Made by a program: the position numbers and the translations under genes | Notes under the pieces: generated by a model | What the model was told of the DNA's origin: nothing | The model's input: only the letters and a program-made list of their open reading frames with translations | Database searches by the model: none | Assembly: GCA_965223705.1 (NCBI GenBank) | Contig: OZ245015.1 | Location: 2,560,001 to 2,624,000 of the forward strand | DNA: 64,000 bases | Source of the DNA: Myxococcota bacterium | GTDB lineage: Bacteria; Myxococcota_A; UBA9160; UBA6930 | Direction: 5' to 3' | In this document: one piece after another, positions 1 through 11,333 of the stretch | Layout of the letters: each line of letters starts with the position of its first letter | Position numbering within the stretch: position 1 is the stretch's first letter

Positions 1-352
1 CCGCCGCTTCCGTGAACCCCGCCGCACCCATCGAGAGGAAGGGGTTCGCGTATCCCATCAACAGAAGCGGTGTCGATACTTCGCGCCGGAGCTCGGCAAC
101 CATGCCGAGTACCCGACGCAGCGAGGTGCCTCCCCGGAGCGCGCGTTCGCTCGCTTGCTGGATGACGGGTCCCTCGGCGACCGGATCGGAAAACGGGACG
201 CCGATTTCCAACAGATCGGCACCCGCATCGACGAGGCCTCGAAGTACGGCGAGGCTCGTCTCGAGGTCGGGATCGCCCGCGGTGACGAAGGGAACGAGTG
301 CGCGCTCGCCGCGCTTCCGAAGCTCGTCGAAGCGGCGCCCGATGGTGCTCAT
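1..352 (-). CDS. trpA: Tryptophan synthase alpha chain (3' part runs off the window)
   Basis: Not in the ORF track. Manual translation from ATG at 352: [28 protein letters not shown]...[18 protein letters not shown]...[12 protein letters not shown] overlap with the trpB stop. Confidence 0.96.
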   Translation of the reverse strand, partial: MSTIGRRFDELRKRGERALVPFVTAGDPDLETSLAVLRGLVDAGADLLEIGVPFSDPVAEGPVIQQASERALRGGTSLRRVLGMVAELRREVSTPLLLMGYANPFLSMGAAGFTEAA

Positions 353-1557
353 CCTTCGGTCTCGCCCTGAAGGATCGCTCGGACTTGCGGCGCGTCTTTG
401 TCACCGCGACCCGACAGATTGAGGATCACGCGGCAGTCCTCGCCGAGCCGAGCACCTTCCCTTCTCAGGTAAGCCACTGCGTGCGCGGATTCGAGCGCGG
501 GAATGATGCCCTCGACCCGCGACAAGAACTGAAACGCGGAGAGGGTTTCTGCATCGTCCGCACTCTCGTAGGTGACGCGGCCCGCGTCACGCAGGAACGC
601 GTGCTCGGGCCCGACCCCCGGGTAGTCGAGCCCGGCGGAGATCGAGTGTGCCGGAAAGATCTGTCCATCGTCGTCGGCCAACACGACCGTGCGCTGGCCG
701 TGGAGCACACCCGGCACGCCGGTGCCCAGCGTCGCTCCGTGGCGCCCGCTCGTAATGCCCTCCCCTCCCGGCTCGACGCCGACCATCGCGACGCCGTCGT
801 CTTCGAGGAACGGATGGAACAGCCCGATTGCGTTCGAACCGCCGCCGACACAGGCGACGAGCAGATCAGGAAGCCGACCCTCGAGATCGAGAAACTGCTG
901 TCGCGCCTCGACACCGATCACACGCTGGAAGTCTCGAACCAGCGTCGGGTACGGATGCGGACCCATGACCGAACCGATGCAGTAGTACGTGGTCGCGATA
1001 TTCGTCACCCAGTCCCGCATCGCTTCATTGATCGCGTCCTTGAGCGTTCGCGAGCCGCTGCTGACCGAGTGCACCTTCGCTCCCAGGAGCTCCATCCGAA
1101 ACACATTGAGCGACTGGCGCGCGACATCCTCCTCGCCCATGTAGACCTCGCAGTCGAGATCGAGGAGTGCGCAAGCCGTGGCCGTCGCGACGCCGTGTTG
1201 ACCGGCGCCAGTCTCCGCAATGACGCGCTGTTTCCCCATGTGACGCGCGAGCAGCGCTTGCCCCAGCACGTTGTTGATCTTGTGGGCGCCGGTGTGCGCG
1301 AGGTCCTCCCGCTTGAGATAGATCTTGGGACCGAGCTCGCGGCTCAACCGGCTCGCGAAATAGAGCGGTGTCGGCCGTCCGGCGTACGAGGTGAGGAGTT
1401 CTTTCAACTCGCGCTGAAACGCCGGCTCGCCGCTCACGCGCGGGTAGGCCTCGCGCAGCTCGTCGAGGGCCGCGATCAGGGTCTCGGGCACGTATCGTCC
1501 GCCGTACTCTCCGAAGCGCCCCGCGCTGTCGGCTTCGCTGCGCAGTCCGCGAATCAT
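349..1557 (-). CDS. trpB: Tryptophan synthase beta chain
   Basis: [31 protein letters not shown] (PLP lysine), [15 protein letters not shown]. Start reset to ATG 1557, overlapping the trpF stop. Confidence 0.98.
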   Translation of the reverse strand: MIRGLRSEADSAGRFGEYGGRYVPETLIAALDELREAYPRVSGEPAFQRELKELLTSYAGRPTPLYFASRLSRELGPKIYLKREDLAHTGAHKINNVLGQALLARHMGKQRVIAETGAGQHGVATATACALLDLDCEVYMGEEDVARQSLNVFRMELLGAKVHSVSSGSRTLKDAINEAMRDWVTNIATTYYCIGSVMGPHPYPTLVRDFQRVIGVEARQQFLDLEGRLPDLLVACVGGGSNAIGLFHPFLEDDGVAMVGVEPGGEGITSGRHGATLGTGVPGVLHGQRTVVLADDDGQIFPAHSISAGLDYPGVGPEHAFLRDAGRVTYESADDAETLSAFQFLSRVEGIIPALESAHAVAYLRREGARLGEDCRVILNLSGRGDKDAPQVRAILQGETEG

Positions 1558-2177
1558 GTCCCCGCCACCTCGCTCTTGTGCACCGCTTCCACAAAGGCCC
1601 GCATCCGCGACGGACTTTTGCGGCCGTCGGGGTCTTCGACACCACTCGCGACGTCGACACCCCAGGGCGGTGTATCCGCCAGCGATTCGAGGGCGCCTCC
1701 GACGTTTTCCGGCGTGAGACCGCCCGCGAGAAGAACCCGTGCTTCCCCTTCGAGCAAAGGACGCGCGTCCTCCCAATCCCAGGCGCTGCCGGTTCCGCCG
1801 CCGCCTGAAGGATGATCGAGTAGCAAGACCGCCCCCGGATAGCGGTGGGCGGCGTCCACAGCCGCACCCCGCAGCGCCTTGATGACCGGAAGTCTCTGCC
1901 GTGCGACGAACTCCGGGGACTCGTCGCCGTGGAGTTGCACCCAGTCGACCGGGACCTGAGCGAGCACTTCCGCAATGCGGGTTTCGGTCGCGTCGCGAAA
2001 CAGCGCGACGCGCAGCGCCTGCCCATCGATCGCCACTGCGATATCGCGCGCCGCCTTCGGGTCGAGACATCGTTTCGATTCCGGAACGAAGTTCAAGCCG
2101 ACGAGACCCGCTCCGGCGGCCACCGCCGCACGCGCGTCGTCGACACTGCGCACGCCGCAAATTTTGACGACGGTCAA
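1554..2177 (-). CDS. trpF: Phosphoribosylanthranilate isomerase
   Basis: [36 protein letters not shown] motifs; position in the operon. Confidence 0.96.
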   Translation of the reverse strand: MTVVKICGVRSVDDARAAVAAGAGLVGLNFVPESKRCLDPKAARDIAVAIDGQALRVALFRDATETRIAEVLAQVPVDWVQLHGDESPEFVARQRLPVIKALRGAAVDAAHRYPGAVLLLDHPSGGGGTGSAWDWEDARPLLEGEARVLLAGGLTPENVGGALESLADTPPWGVDVASGVEDPDGRKSPSRMRAFVEAVHKSEVAGT

Positions 2178-2956
2178 GAGTGTCCTCGCAAGCGTCGCAA
2201 CGCCTCGCCCGGATCGTCTTCTCGCATCAGCGATTCGCCCACGAGAAACGCCCGGGCTCCGGCTCTTTGAAGTCGATCGATATCGGCGGCGGTGTGAATA
2301 CCGCTCTCTGCAACGAGCAAGACGTCCTCGGGAATACCCGGAGCCAGTCGCTCCGTCACCTCGAGATGGGTCTCGAACGTGCGCAGATCGCGGTTGTTGA
2401 TGCCGAGAAGCGTCGCGCCGACCCCTCGTGCGGTTGCGAGCTCTCCCTCGTCGTGCACTTCGACCAAGACGTCGAGCCCGCGCGAGCCGGCGTAACCGTG
2501 CAAATCCGCAAGCGCGTCCCGCTCGAGCGCCGCGACGATCAGCAGCACGGCGTCGGCCCCGAACACCCGTGCCTCATCGATCTGGTAGCGGTCGATCGTG
2601 AAATCCTTGCGCAGAATCGGCAGCGCGACTCGGCTTCGGACGCGTTCCAGAAAATCGAGATGTCCGCCGAAGTAGTGCTCATCGGTCAGGATCGAAAGAG
2701 CGGCGGCGCCGCCGGCAGCGTACGCGTCGCCGCAGGCTTCGGGGTCGAAGTTCGGTCGAATCTCCCCGCGGCTCGGCGAGCGCCGTTTGATTTCCGCGAT
2801 GATCGCCGGCGCGTCGCCGCTCTCGAGAGCGTTGCGGAACCCTCGACAAGGCGCGGCGTCAGCGGCTGCTTTCGCGAGTTCGCGGGGGCTTCGAACCCGT
2901 TTGGCCGCCGCCACCTCCTCGCGTTTCCGCTCGAGGATTTCACCCAGCACGCTCAT
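2174..2956 (-). CDS. trpC: Indole-3-glycerol phosphate synthase
   Basis: [37 protein letters not shown] motifs. Confidence 0.97.
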   Translation of the reverse strand: MSVLGEILERKREEVAAAKRVRSPRELAKAAADAAPCRGFRNALESGDAPAIIAEIKRRSPSRGEIRPNFDPEACGDAYAAGGAAALSILTDEHYFGGHLDFLERVRSRVALPILRKDFTIDRYQIDEARVFGADAVLLIVAALERDALADLHGYAGSRGLDVLVEVHDEGELATARGVGATLLGINNRDLRTFETHLEVTERLAPGIPEDVLLVAESGIHTAADIDRLQRAGARAFLVGESLMREDDPGEALRRLRGHS

Positions 2957-3978
2957 CTGCGCGCCGCTTCTCGGGTGTGGGCGATCAGCGCTTCGAGCTT
3001 GGCGTGGGCCGCACCGGATTCGAGGCTGTTCCGGGCCATGGCGAGCCCCTCTTCGAGGGACCCGGCCCGTCCCGCCGCCCAGAGCGCCCCGGCGGCGTTC
3101 AGCGCGACAATCTCACTCGGCGGTCCCAACTCCCCCGACAGCACCCGGCGCGCGATGTCCGCGTTCTCCTCCGCCGATCCGCCGCGCAGGTCGGCGGCGC
3201 GCACGCGTGCGAGGCCGAGCTCTTCGGCATCGACGTCTCGAACCGAGACGGATCCGTTCTCGAGGAACGCAGCTTGGCTCGGTCCCGTGGTCGATAGCTC
3301 GTCGAGTCCGTCGTGGCCGTGCACGACGAGCGCGCGCTCGCATCCGAGTTCGCCGAGCGCCGCGGCGATGACCTCGACCAGGTGCGGAGCATAGACGCCG
3401 AGAAGCTGCCGTTTCACGCCGACCGGATTGAGAAGCGGACCGAGGCAATTCATGATCGTCCGAATCTTAAGCGCTTCGCGGACCCCGGCCACGTGGCGCA
3501 TCGCCGGGTGGGCTCGTCTGGCGAAGAAAAAGCCGATACCGATCTGCGACGCGATATCCGCGGAGACGGCGACCGGCAGATCCGGTGCGACGCCCAATGC
3601 CTCCAACACGTCGTAGCTGCCGCATCGACTCGACGCCGCGCGATTGCCGTGCTTGACGACGGTGGCTCCCGCCCCGGCGACGACGAACGCGGCGACGGTT
3701 GAAATATTGAAGGTCGACGCCCCGTCTCCACCCGTGCCACAGGTATCGACGGCGTCGGGCACCGGAAGCGGCGCGGTGTCGGCTTTGGAGCGACAGGCGC
3801 GCGCCGTCGCCACGATCTCGGAGACGGATTCGCCCTTGGTGCAGAGTGCGGCAAAGAGACCGGCGATTTCCGCGTCCGATGCCTCGCCTTCCATGATGGC
3901 GGTGAAGGCCGCCTCGAGCACCGCGGCCGGAACGTCTTGCCGCGCGGAGGCGAAGCGAATCGCTTCGGCGAGACTCAC
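2953..3978 (-). CDS. trpD: Anthranilate phosphoribosyltransferase
   Basis: [22 protein letters not shown] motifs. GTG start at 3978 overlaps the trpG stop (GTGA). Confidence 0.97.
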   Translation of the reverse strand: MSLAEAIRFASARQDVPAAVLEAAFTAIMEGEASDAEIAGLFAALCTKGESVSEIVATARACRSKADTAPLPVPDAVDTCGTGGDGASTFNISTVAAFVVAGAGATVVKHGNRAASSRCGSYDVLEALGVAPDLPVAVSADIASQIGIGFFFARRAHPAMRHVAGVREALKIRTIMNCLGPLLNPVGVKRQLLGVYAPHLVEVIAAALGELGCERALVVHGHDGLDELSTTGPSQAAFLENGSVSVRDVDAEELGLARVRAADLRGGSAEENADIARRVLSGELGPPSEIVALNAAGALWAAGRAGSLEEGLAMARNSLESGAAHAKLEALIAHTREAARR

Positions 3979-4568
3979 GCCGCCCTGCCGCAAGAAGCGA
4001 GAAAATTCCCGAGGAGGTCCTTGCCGACCTGCGTCAGGACCGACTCGGGATGGAACTGCACGCCCTCGAGGGGCAGTGACCGGTGGCGCAGCCCCATGAT
4101 CTCTCCGTCGTCGCTCTCCGCCGTGATCTCGAGCTCCGCGGGTACGGAATCGCGCGCCACGACGAGGGAGTGGTAGCGCGTCGCAGTAAAGGGCTTCGGC
4201 AGGCCGCGAAACACTCCGGAGCCGTCATGACGGATCGGCGACGTCTTGCCGTGCATGAGTCGGCCGGCCCTCACGATCTTCGCACCGAAAGCCTGACCGA
4301 TCGATTGATGACCGAGGCATACACCGAGAAGTGGAATGCCGGCCTCTCCAAACGCCGCAACCGCAGCCAGCGAGACTCCGGAACCCTCGGGACGCCCAGG
4401 CCCCGGCGAGATCACGACGCCCTCCGGCCGCCGCTCGACCAGGGCTTCGATCGGTTCGTCGTCGTTGCGCACGACCCCGACGTCCGCACCCAATTCCGAC
4501 AGGTACTGCACCAAGTTGTAGGTGAAGGAATCGTAGTTATCGATCATCAGGATGCGGGTGGGACTCAA
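3975..4568 (-). CDS. trpG: Anthranilate synthase component II (glutamine amidotransferase)
   Basis: [37 protein letters not shown] start at 4568 overlaps the trpE stop. Confidence 0.96.
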   Translation of the reverse strand: MSPTRILMIDNYDSFTYNLVQYLSELGADVGVVRNDDEPIEALVERRPEGVVISPGPGRPEGSGVSLAAVAAFGEAGIPLLGVCLGHQSIGQAFGAKIVRAGRLMHGKTSPIRHDGSGVFRGLPKPFTATRYHSLVVARDSVPAELEITAESDDGEIMGLRHRSLPLEGVQFHPESVLTQVGKDLLGNFLASCGRAA

Positions 4569-6049
4569 TCGAGTCCCTCCCGTGCGAGATCGATGGCCTG
4601 GATCAGCGCCCGCGCCTTGTTCATCGATTCTTGATACTCGTCCTCGGGCTTCGAATCCGCGACGATCCCGCCTCCGGCCTGCAGATGAATATTCCCGTCC
4701 TGGACCAACATCGTCCGGATGGCGATCGCCATATCCATATTTCCGGAAAAACCGATGTAGCCGACGCAACCTCCGTAAGGCCCGCGCCGCAAGTGCTCGA
4801 GCTCGTCGATGATCTCCATCGCGCGCACCTTCGGGGCTCCCGACAACGTGCCGGCTGGGAAGGTCGCGCGCAGAAGGTCGAGCCAGTCCGCGTCGCCGCG
4901 CAGCTCACCCTGCACGTTCGACACGAGGTGCATCACATGGGAATAGCGCTCGACGACACCGTATTCGTCGACCTTCACCGTTCCCGTTTCCGCGACTCGC
5001 CCCACGTCATTTCTTCCGAGATCGACCAGCATCAGATGCTCCGCGAGCTCTTTGGGATCGGCGCGCAAGTCGCTTTCGAGCGCCGCATCGTGTTCCGGCG
5101 TCTCGCCGCGCGGACGCGTGCCCGCGATCGGACGCACGTGGACGGCGCCGTCTTCGAGACGCACCAGGATCTCCGGTGACGAGCCGATCAAGATCGGGCC
5201 GTTCAAGCGTAGAAAGAAGAGATAGGGGCTCGGGTTGATCTTGCGCAGTTGGCGGTAGATCAGCAGGGGCTCGGTTTGGAGCGGCATCCGGAAGCGCTGG
5301 GACAGCACGACCTGAAAAATGTCACCCGCCTCGATGTACTGCTTCGCCGCTTGCACCATCTCGCCGTAGGACTCCGGCGTCTCGCTCTTCGCAACGTCCA
5401 TGGGGACCGTCGCCGGCCCGAACGATTCTTGGCGTCGGGGCTCGCGAATTTTCCGCACGATCGAATCGATGGCCGCCACGGCCGCGTCGTAGCGCTGGCC
5501 GGGGTCGTCGCCTTCCTCGAGTAGAACGTCGCGCACGATCAACGCGCGGTGCTTGACGTTGTCGTAGACGACGACGCTCTCGGGCAGAACAAACCACGCA
5601 TCGGGAAACGAGAGCTCATCCGGGTTGCCGTCGGGAATGTCCTCGACGAACCGCACCCAGTCCCACGCGATGGCCCCCACGGCGCCGCCGGCGAACCGAG
5701 GGAGCGGCTCTCCGGGCAATGCGACCCGTCGCATATCCGCCAGTCGCCGACGGAGCGCGACCAGCGGGTCTCCGCTGACGGGCTCGCGCTCGGTGCGACC
5801 GTGGCTCGTCCAGGTAACCTCGCCCTCTGCGGCGCGAAAGATCGCTCGAGCGCCGACGCCGATAAAGCTATAGCGCCCCCACTTCTCCCCGCCCTCGACG
5901 GACTCGAACAGGAAAGACGTGCGGCCGTCATCGAGCCGCTGAAACAGGGATACCGGCGTCTCGGTGTCGGCGAGAATCTCGCGGACAACGGGGATGAGAT
6001 TGCCCTGGCGGGCGAGTTCGCAGAACTCTTCGCGGCTCGGCCGCAGCAC
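4565..6049 (-). CDS. trpE: Anthranilate synthase component I
   Basis: [60 protein letters not shown] precedes GTG 6049. Confidence 0.97.
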   Translation of the reverse strand: MLRPSREEFCELARQGNLIPVVREILADTETPVSLFQRLDDGRTSFLFESVEGGEKWGRYSFIGVGARAIFRAAEGEVTWTSHGRTEREPVSGDPLVALRRRLADMRRVALPGEPLPRFAGGAVGAIAWDWVRFVEDIPDGNPDELSFPDAWFVLPESVVVYDNVKHRALIVRDVLLEEGDDPGQRYDAAVAAIDSIVRKIREPRRQESFGPATVPMDVAKSETPESYGEMVQAAKQYIEAGDIFQVVLSQRFRMPLQTEPLLIYRQLRKINPSPYLFFLRLNGPILIGSSPEILVRLEDGAVHVRPIAGTRPRGETPEHDAALESDLRADPKELAEHLMLVDLGRNDVGRVAETGTVKVDEYGVVERYSHVMHLVSNVQGELRGDADWLDLLRATFPAGTLSGAPKVRAMEIIDELEHLRRGPYGGCVGYIGFSGNMDMAIAIRTMLVQDGNIHLQAGGGIVADSKPEDEYQESMNKARALIQAIDLAREGLD

Positions 6050-6129
6050 GAAACCTCCGATCCGCAAAAAAAGTGCTTAGAATTCAGGTTGTTAGCAAAC
6101 CCTTGGGAGGGGTCAACTACACCCGCCCG

Positions 6130-8661
6130 CTACTCGAGGCGCGTGGTATCGCGTCGCAAGCGGCTTCCTCCGCTCTGGAAGGGACGGACCGTATCGTCCC
6201 CCAACCCGATCAACCGGTAGGAAAGGTTGAAGTCGAATCCCCGGGAGCGGTTGTCTTCGGCTTCGAGCCGCACCGCCCAGCAGCGGCACTTCGACAGGTA
6301 TTCCAATCCGAAGCGGTTCGAGAGCGAGAGATTTTGCTCGAAGGAGTAGGCGCCGTTGTAGGTCACGGCCCAATTTCGTGTGATCGCGACTCGGGAATAG
6401 AGGCTTACCTGATTCACCCGAGTGAAATTGTCTTCAAACTCGTCGAACCGCTCGTCGTCGAAACGGAACGCCTCGAAGAACGGCGGAATGTCGCGCAAGA
6501 ACCGGTAGTGCACCGAGAGATCGTGACCGGCCTCGTGGGACCAGCCCAACCGGAAGAGGCCCTCGCTTACCCGCTGCTCGCCCAAGTCGTAGCCGAAGTT
6601 GAAGCGCGAGCTGAAGCCGCCGCCGGGGTAGACCGTCCCGTCGATGAGCGCCGATCCGAACTCGTCCTCGGACAGGTCGTATTGCGTCGATAACGAGAGG
6701 TCGGCGAGCAGGCGCGCCACACCGTCGTCCTCGGTATCCGCGTAGAGGCGATTTCCAACGCCTACGGTGAGTGCGTTGAGACTGTCGATCCGGTCGGAAG
6801 GATCTCGCGTGATGTTGTAGAGCTCGAGCTGACGGATGCGATCCTGCAGAACGCTTCCGGCCGGCGAGAACAAGGGGTTGTTGCTCTGCGAGACACTACT
6901 CACGCCGGTGTAGGCGATTCTCGGCTCGACGAGATGCAGGGTGGGCGTGTCCGAGAAAGGCAACTCGAGCACCCGCCGCAAGCGCGTTCGCACATCGAGC
7001 TGACCGGTGATCAGGTGGCGCGCATCGTCGCTCTTCTCGCGCGTGTGATAGAACGTTCCGTGGTAGCCGAGCTCCGGTGTGACCTCGACGAGATCTGCGA
7101 GTCGCACGGGGTAGGACAACCGCGGATTCACCCGCAACCGATGCCCGCGATCCGCAAGGGGTTCGCCTTCCTGGAAGCGCCCGTCCCCCTCCGGCCCCAA
7201 CGGGAAGTCGTCGCCGTTGTTGTCCGCCCCATCGAACAATCCCATGCCGTTTCGCTCTTCGGCCGTCGGTATCCCGTCGATGCCGGTGTCGATGAATTGA
7301 TCATCGACCGCGACCATCCCGCGCAGCGCCTCTTCGGCTCGCTGCCGGGACCAAAAGTGCGCGTAGTCGACGTCAACGGCGGCGAGGAGACCATCGAGGA
7401 GAGGGTGAACGGGAAGCTGTGGCGTCGACAGCGCGACGTTGGGCGCGCGCTGAAGCAAGAAGCGATCGCGATCGAGGTCGTCCGGATTCTGCTGATCGTC
7501 GGCGAACCACACCCCCCCGTGGACCGAAATGCGATCGTGCTCGCCGAAGTGCCTCTCGACAAACACGCGCGACTCCAGGAACCGGTCGTTTTGGTAGTCG
7601 GAGAACTCTTTGAAATCGAAGGAGTAGAGGTTGTCCGAGAACAAGCGCGCGTCGACCTTGAGCCGCCAGTCCCAGGGGAGATCCTGATCGTGGGCCCAGT
7701 CGATTCCCCACCGGTTGCGATCGAACGGCGTGGAGGGATCGTCTTCGTCGGTATCGGTATCGCGGATGTAGGAGAGGAACAGATCCGAACGCCCGCGTTC
7801 ACCGAACACGTGCTCGACCTCGAGTTTGTGCATGAACCCGCGCTTCGCGAGCCAGCTTGGCGTGTACGTGACGTTCAGGTCGTCGCGAGCCGCCCAGAAC
7901 AGCGGCAAGCCGAAATCGCCTCCGCTTCGGCTCGAGGAATTGATTTCGGGGAACAGCAAGCCCGTCTGCCGTTCCGTCTTGAGCGGGTAGATCATCCACG
8001 GCAACCAAAGGACCGGAACGCCGAGGATCTCGAAGGTCGTGTTCCGCGCGGTGCCGTATCCACCGACTTCGAGGTCGGCGCGCTGTGCGCGGATCTGCCA
8101 GGGTTGCCGCGATTCCTCGGGACAGCGGCAGGAGGTGAACGTCCCGTCCTCAAACGTGTACCGATCTTCGCCGATGCGGCGGACCTCTTTCCCCGTCATC
8201 TGCAGCTCGGAATCTCGCGCGTCGAGCCGCCCGTCGAGCACGAGCCCTTCGAAGGTGTCCACGTCGAACTGCACGGAATCCGCGAAGAGCGTGTCACCGC
8301 CGTCGACGACAACGACGTTCCCGACCGCTACGCCGCGACGGGTCGTGTTGTTGAACGTCATCCAGTCGGCCGTCAGCGATCGGTTCGGGTGCGTGATGCG
8401 GACGTTGCCCCGCGCGACATAGAGATCGCGCTTGCGGTCGTACTCGACCGAATCCGCGGTCAGATCGAAGGGTTCGTCGGTGTCGACGTGTTGCGCCGCG
8501 GCGGGAGCGCTAGCCGCGAGAACGCCCGTGAGAACGAGACCGGCCAAAACCGAGGCCACACATCGCCACGCAGCTCGCAGGGAGCTCCCCGGATTGCGCC
8601 AGAGGGTTCGTATGCGCCCGCCGCATACCGGCGCGCGACGAGAAGTTTCGCGGCGTTTCAT
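6130..8661 (-). CDS. lptD: LPS-assembly outer-membrane protein LptD
   Basis: Signal peptide, OstA-like jellyroll (LTADSVEYD, ARGNV), FTSC, PLKTERQTGLLFP, beta-barrel with C-terminal CxCW. Start uncertain (8682/8661 or later). Confidence 0.88.
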   Translation of the reverse strand: MKRRETSRRAPVCGGRIRTLWRNPGSSLRAAWRCVASVLAGLVLTGVLAASAPAAAQHVDTDEPFDLTADSVEYDRKRDLYVARGNVRITHPNRSLTADWMTFNNTTRRGVAVGNVVVVDGGDTLFADSVQFDVDTFEGLVLDGRLDARDSELQMTGKEVRRIGEDRYTFEDGTFTSCRCPEESRQPWQIRAQRADLEVGGYGTARNTTFEILGVPVLWLPWMIYPLKTERQTGLLFPEINSSSRSGGDFGLPLFWAARDDLNVTYTPSWLAKRGFMHKLEVEHVFGERGRSDLFLSYIRDTDTDEDDPSTPFDRNRWGIDWAHDQDLPWDWRLKVDARLFSDNLYSFDFKEFSDYQNDRFLESRVFVERHFGEHDRISVHGGVWFADDQQNPDDLDRDRFLLQRAPNVALSTPQLPVHPLLDGLLAAVDVDYAHFWSRQRAEEALRGMVAVDDQFIDTGIDGIPTAEERNGMGLFDGADNNGDDFPLGPEGDGRFQEGEPLADRGHRLRVNPRLSYPVRLADLVEVTPELGYHGTFYHTREKSDDARHLITGQLDVRTRLRRVLELPFSDTPTLHLVEPRIAYTGVSSVSQSNNPLFSPAGSVLQDRIRQLELYNITRDPSDRIDSLNALTVGVGNRLYADTEDDGVARLLADLSLSTQYDLSEDEFGSALIDGTVYPGGGFSSRFNFGYDLGEQRVSEGLFRLGWSHEAGHDLSVHYRFLRDIPPFFEAFRFDDERFDEFEDNFTRVNQVSLYSRVAITRNWAVTYNGAYSFEQNLSLSNRFGLEYLSKCRCWAVRLEAEDNRSRGFDFNLSYRLIGLGDDTVRPFQSGGSRLRRDTTRLE

Positions 8662-8753
8662 GGTCGAGAACCGCGGGCACACTACCCCACCGGTTCGAGT
8701 AATCGCAAGTGGATCGGAGAGTTACGCCGCGACCTGCCACTTGCCGCGAAGAA

Positions 8754-9365
8754 CTAGGCCCCGTCGCGAAGCGCTTCGAGGGCCGCCAGGTCGGGAATGA
8801 TCAGATCGTCTTCTGCCAAGTAGAGGAGCTTGCGGTCGAAGAGCGCCGCCAGCGCGCGATGAGCCGCGGGGAGATCGACGCCGCAGGCACCGGCGAGCTC
8901 GCGCAGGTTCGTGTGCGCGCGCGGCGGATCCTGCCGCGGGTCGACCTGCAGGGCCAGCTGACCGACGAGTTGACGGATGACCTCGGTGTCGGCCGGCGGG
9001 TGGTGCAATGGCTGTGCGATTCGCTCGGCGAGTGCGCGCATCATCCCCGCCGCCACCTCGGGCGCCTCGCGCAACATGGTGTCGAGATCGTCAGCGCCGA
9101 GGCGCACGAGCTCGCTCCCACGCGTCGCGATGGCCGTACCCACGCTTTCGGTGGTCCCGAGCAGGACCTGCTCCCCAAAAACCGCTCCCCGATGGAGTCG
9201 CTTCGGTCTTCCGAGAATGCGAAGCTCGATCTCGCCCGTGCGGACTAAGTAGGCGTATTCGCAGGGCTCTCCCTCTCGGCAGATAACGTCACCGGGGGCG
9301 AAGCGGCAGAGGTGGGACGCGATCGCCGCGAGGGCGCTAGGACTGCGTGCCTCGGTGTGCACCAT
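8754..9365 (-). CDS. Crp/Fnr-family protein (cNMP-binding domain plus C-terminal HTH)
   Basis: FAPGDVICREGE...AYLVRTGEI...GAVFGE; C-terminal LRELAGACG...AHRALAAL helix-turn-helix-like segment. Confidence 0.75.
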   Translation of the reverse strand: MVHTEARSPSALAAIASHLCRFAPGDVICREGEPCEYAYLVRTGEIELRILGRPKRLHRGAVFGEQVLLGTTESVGTAIATRGSELVRLGADDLDTMLREAPEVAAGMMRALAERIAQPLHHPPADTEVIRQLVGQLALQVDPRQDPPRAHTNLRELAGACGVDLPAAHRALAALFDRKLLYLAEDDLIIPDLAALEALRDGA

Positions 9366-9373
9366 TCCGTGAG

Positions 9374-9401
9374 TTTTCGTCCGATAGGAAGGCGCCCTTG
9401 A
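9374..9401 (-). promoter_or_regulatory. Putative sigma28-like promoter TCAAG-N15-GACGAAAA
   Basis: One of five TCAAG-N15-NNCGA sites upstream of genes in the window. Confidence 0.4.
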
Positions 9402-9419
9402 GACTGCGTGCAAAACGCA

Positions 9420-9908
9420 TCATCGAACCGCCGCCAGGGACTCGACCAGCTCGTCCCACGAGACGACGCCGAAGTGGACAGAATCGATACGGCCCTCGCC
9501 GTCGATGACGAAGAGCGCGGGAAAGCCGAGCGCCCCGTAGCGCTGGGCGAGGGCCTCGTCGCCGAGGAGGATCGGGTAGGCGATCCCCTGCTCCTCGGCG
9601 AACGCCGCGACCACGTCGGGCCCCTCGTGGTCGACGGAGATGCCGACGAGTCGGACCCCTTCGGGCCCGTACTCCTCGAGCGCTCGGTTGAGCACCGGAA
9701 TCTGCCCCACACACGGCGCGCACCAAGTGGCCCAAAAATCGACGATCAGCGGCGCGCCGCGGAAATCCTCGAGACGGTGAACCTCGCCTTCGAGCGTCGC
9801 GAGCTCGAAGGGGGGCGCCTCTTTCGGCGGGGCCGTCCAGGACGCGGGCTCTTCGCCACATCCCAGCGCGGCCAGGGACACGGCCAGTAGCAGGACCCCC
9901 GGCCTCAA
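9420..9908 (-). CDS. TlpA/ResA-family thiol-disulfide oxidoreductase lipoprotein
   Basis: Lipobox LAALGC, DFWATWCAPC, FPALFVID. TTG start overlaps the ccdA stop. Confidence 0.9.
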   Translation of the reverse strand: MRPGVLLLAVSLAALGCGEEPASWTAPPKEAPPFELATLEGEVHRLEDFRGAPLIVDFWATWCAPCVGQIPVLNRALEEYGPEGVRLVGISVDHEGPDVVAAFAEEQGIAYPILLGDEALAQRYGALGFPALFVIDGEGRIDSVHFGVVSWDELVESLAAVR

Positions 9909-10687
9909 AGGAGCGCGCTTTCCGCGGCCTCGACCAACCGGTTCATGAACGAGAAGTAGCTGTTCAGCGCCGTGAGCCGGTTCGTCAGCACCAGGAAGCC
10001 GACTCCGACGAGAAGACATCCGGCGACGACTTCCACGACTCGAAAGTGCGGGCGGATCCGCTCGAACCATCGCAGGAAGAGATCGAGGCTGTAGCCCGCG
10101 AGAAAGAACGGGATGCCCAAACCCGCTGAGTAGACGGCTAGGAGCAGCATCCCCTGGTAGACCGTGTCGCGTCCTCCGGCGACGGTCAGGATGCCCCCGA
10201 GAATCGGACCGACACACGGCGACCAGCCGAACGCGAAAGCGGCGCCCACGAGAAACGTGCCGAAGAAGCTCTTCGGCTTGAATTGCTGTCCGAAGCGAGC
10301 GTCTCGGTACAACCACGCGATCGGCAGCCAACCGACGAGATGAAGTCCCATCAGGATGATGATGAGACCGGCGATCTGAACGGCGGAGATCGAGACGCCG
10401 AGAACCGTGACGCGCCAGGTGGCGAGGACGTGCCCGACCGCCGTGGCTGAGGCTCCCAGCGCGATGAAGATGACCGAGAACCCCAGGACGAATCCCAAGC
10501 AGCCGAGCAGCACACGCCGTCGATCGACCGAGGGGGCATCGGGCCCTTCTTTCAGATCGTCGACCGACAAGCCGGAGATCAGCGACAAGTACGCCGGCAT
10601 GAGCGGCATCACGCAGGGCGACAGGACGGAGAGTATGCCGGCGACGAGCGCGCCGAAGAGACTCGCTAGCGAGAGGGGATCATCCAT
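9905..10687 (-). CDS. ccdA: Cytochrome c biogenesis protein CcdA (DsbD transmembrane domain)
   Basis: SVLSPCVMPLMPAY and FGWSPCVGP redox cysteine motifs; several TM helices. Confidence 0.92.
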   Translation of the reverse strand: MDDPLSLASLFGALVAGILSVLSPCVMPLMPAYLSLISGLSVDDLKEGPDAPSVDRRRVLLGCLGFVLGFSVIFIALGASATAVGHVLATWRVTVLGVSISAVQIAGLIIILMGLHLVGWLPIAWLYRDARFGQQFKPKSFFGTFLVGAAFAFGWSPCVGPILGGILTVAGGRDTVYQGMLLLAVYSAGLGIPFFLAGYSLDLFLRWFERIRPHFRVVEVVAGCLLVGVGFLVLTNRLTALNSYFSFMNRLVEAAESALL

Positions 10688-10728
10688 GGCGATGTGGGTA
10701 CGAGGCTAGCGCGCGTCGGGTTATGGAG

Positions 10729-10760
10729 CGCGGGCTCGGAGGAAGACCTCCGAGCCCGCG
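10729..10760 (-). terminator. 14-bp perfect hairpin downstream of the 10771-11184 gene
   Basis: CGCGGGCTCGGAGG-aaga-CCTCCGAGCCCGCG. No strong U-tract, so it could be a terminator or an mRNA-stabilising stem. Confidence 0.55.
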
Positions 10761-10770
10761 ACAGCGCAGC

Positions 10771-11184
10771 CTAAAAGGTCTCGGACTCGAAGGTGTCGGC
10801 GCGATAGCCGCCGCTCGCCTGGCCGAGTTCCTGCTCGATCTGCATGTGCTCCGGCGATTTGCCGATGAACACCAGCGACTGCTCCCGGCGGATGTGCGCC
10901 GGCGTGACGACATAGTCACCGAGCAATGCGGCGTTGATGATCGGGCCGGACACTTCTTGGTCGCCTCCCGATGCGGCCCACGCCAGACCTGCGACGACGC
11001 TCCCGCCCGCCGCGTAGAGCAGCTTGGCAGGCGCGTACACGAGCGATGCAACTCCGGAGCCGACCCCGATGCCCACATCCCGAGCGTATTCGTTCGCCGA
11101 CGCCTGGATCGGCAACCCGCAGAGCGCCACGACGGCCAGTCCGGCCGCCAAGCGCCGGCCGTAACCCATTGCGTTTCGTTTCAC
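10771..11184 (-). CDS. Secreted/membrane-associated hypothetical protein
   Basis: AGAGAGGG RBS before GTG; signal peptide ending ASA; glycine-rich hydrophobic helices; flanked by a promoter-like sequence and a hairpin. Confidence 0.75.
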   Translation of the reverse strand: MKRNAMGYGRRLAAGLAVVALCGLPIQASANEYARDVGIGVGSGVASLVYAPAKLLYAAGGSVVAGLAWAASGGDQEVSGPIINAALLGDYVVTPAHIRREQSLVFIGKSPEHMQIEQELGQASGGYRADTFESETF

Positions 11185-11333
11185 GTTGTCCCTCTCTGCC
11201 GCGGGCGGATTGCTCCGGCATTCCCACGACGTGTTTTCGAGTCGAGTGGGCGTCACGAGTGTGACGACGCTTTCGATTCGATTCCCCCGCAGAAGAATGT
11301 CGGAATAAAGAACCGAGAGGTCAAGGCAGTCGC

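Noticed and set aside
6050..6129. trp attenuator/leader peptide upstream of trpE (a T7 run is present)
   Set aside because: No short ORF with Trp codons and no terminator stem before the T run.
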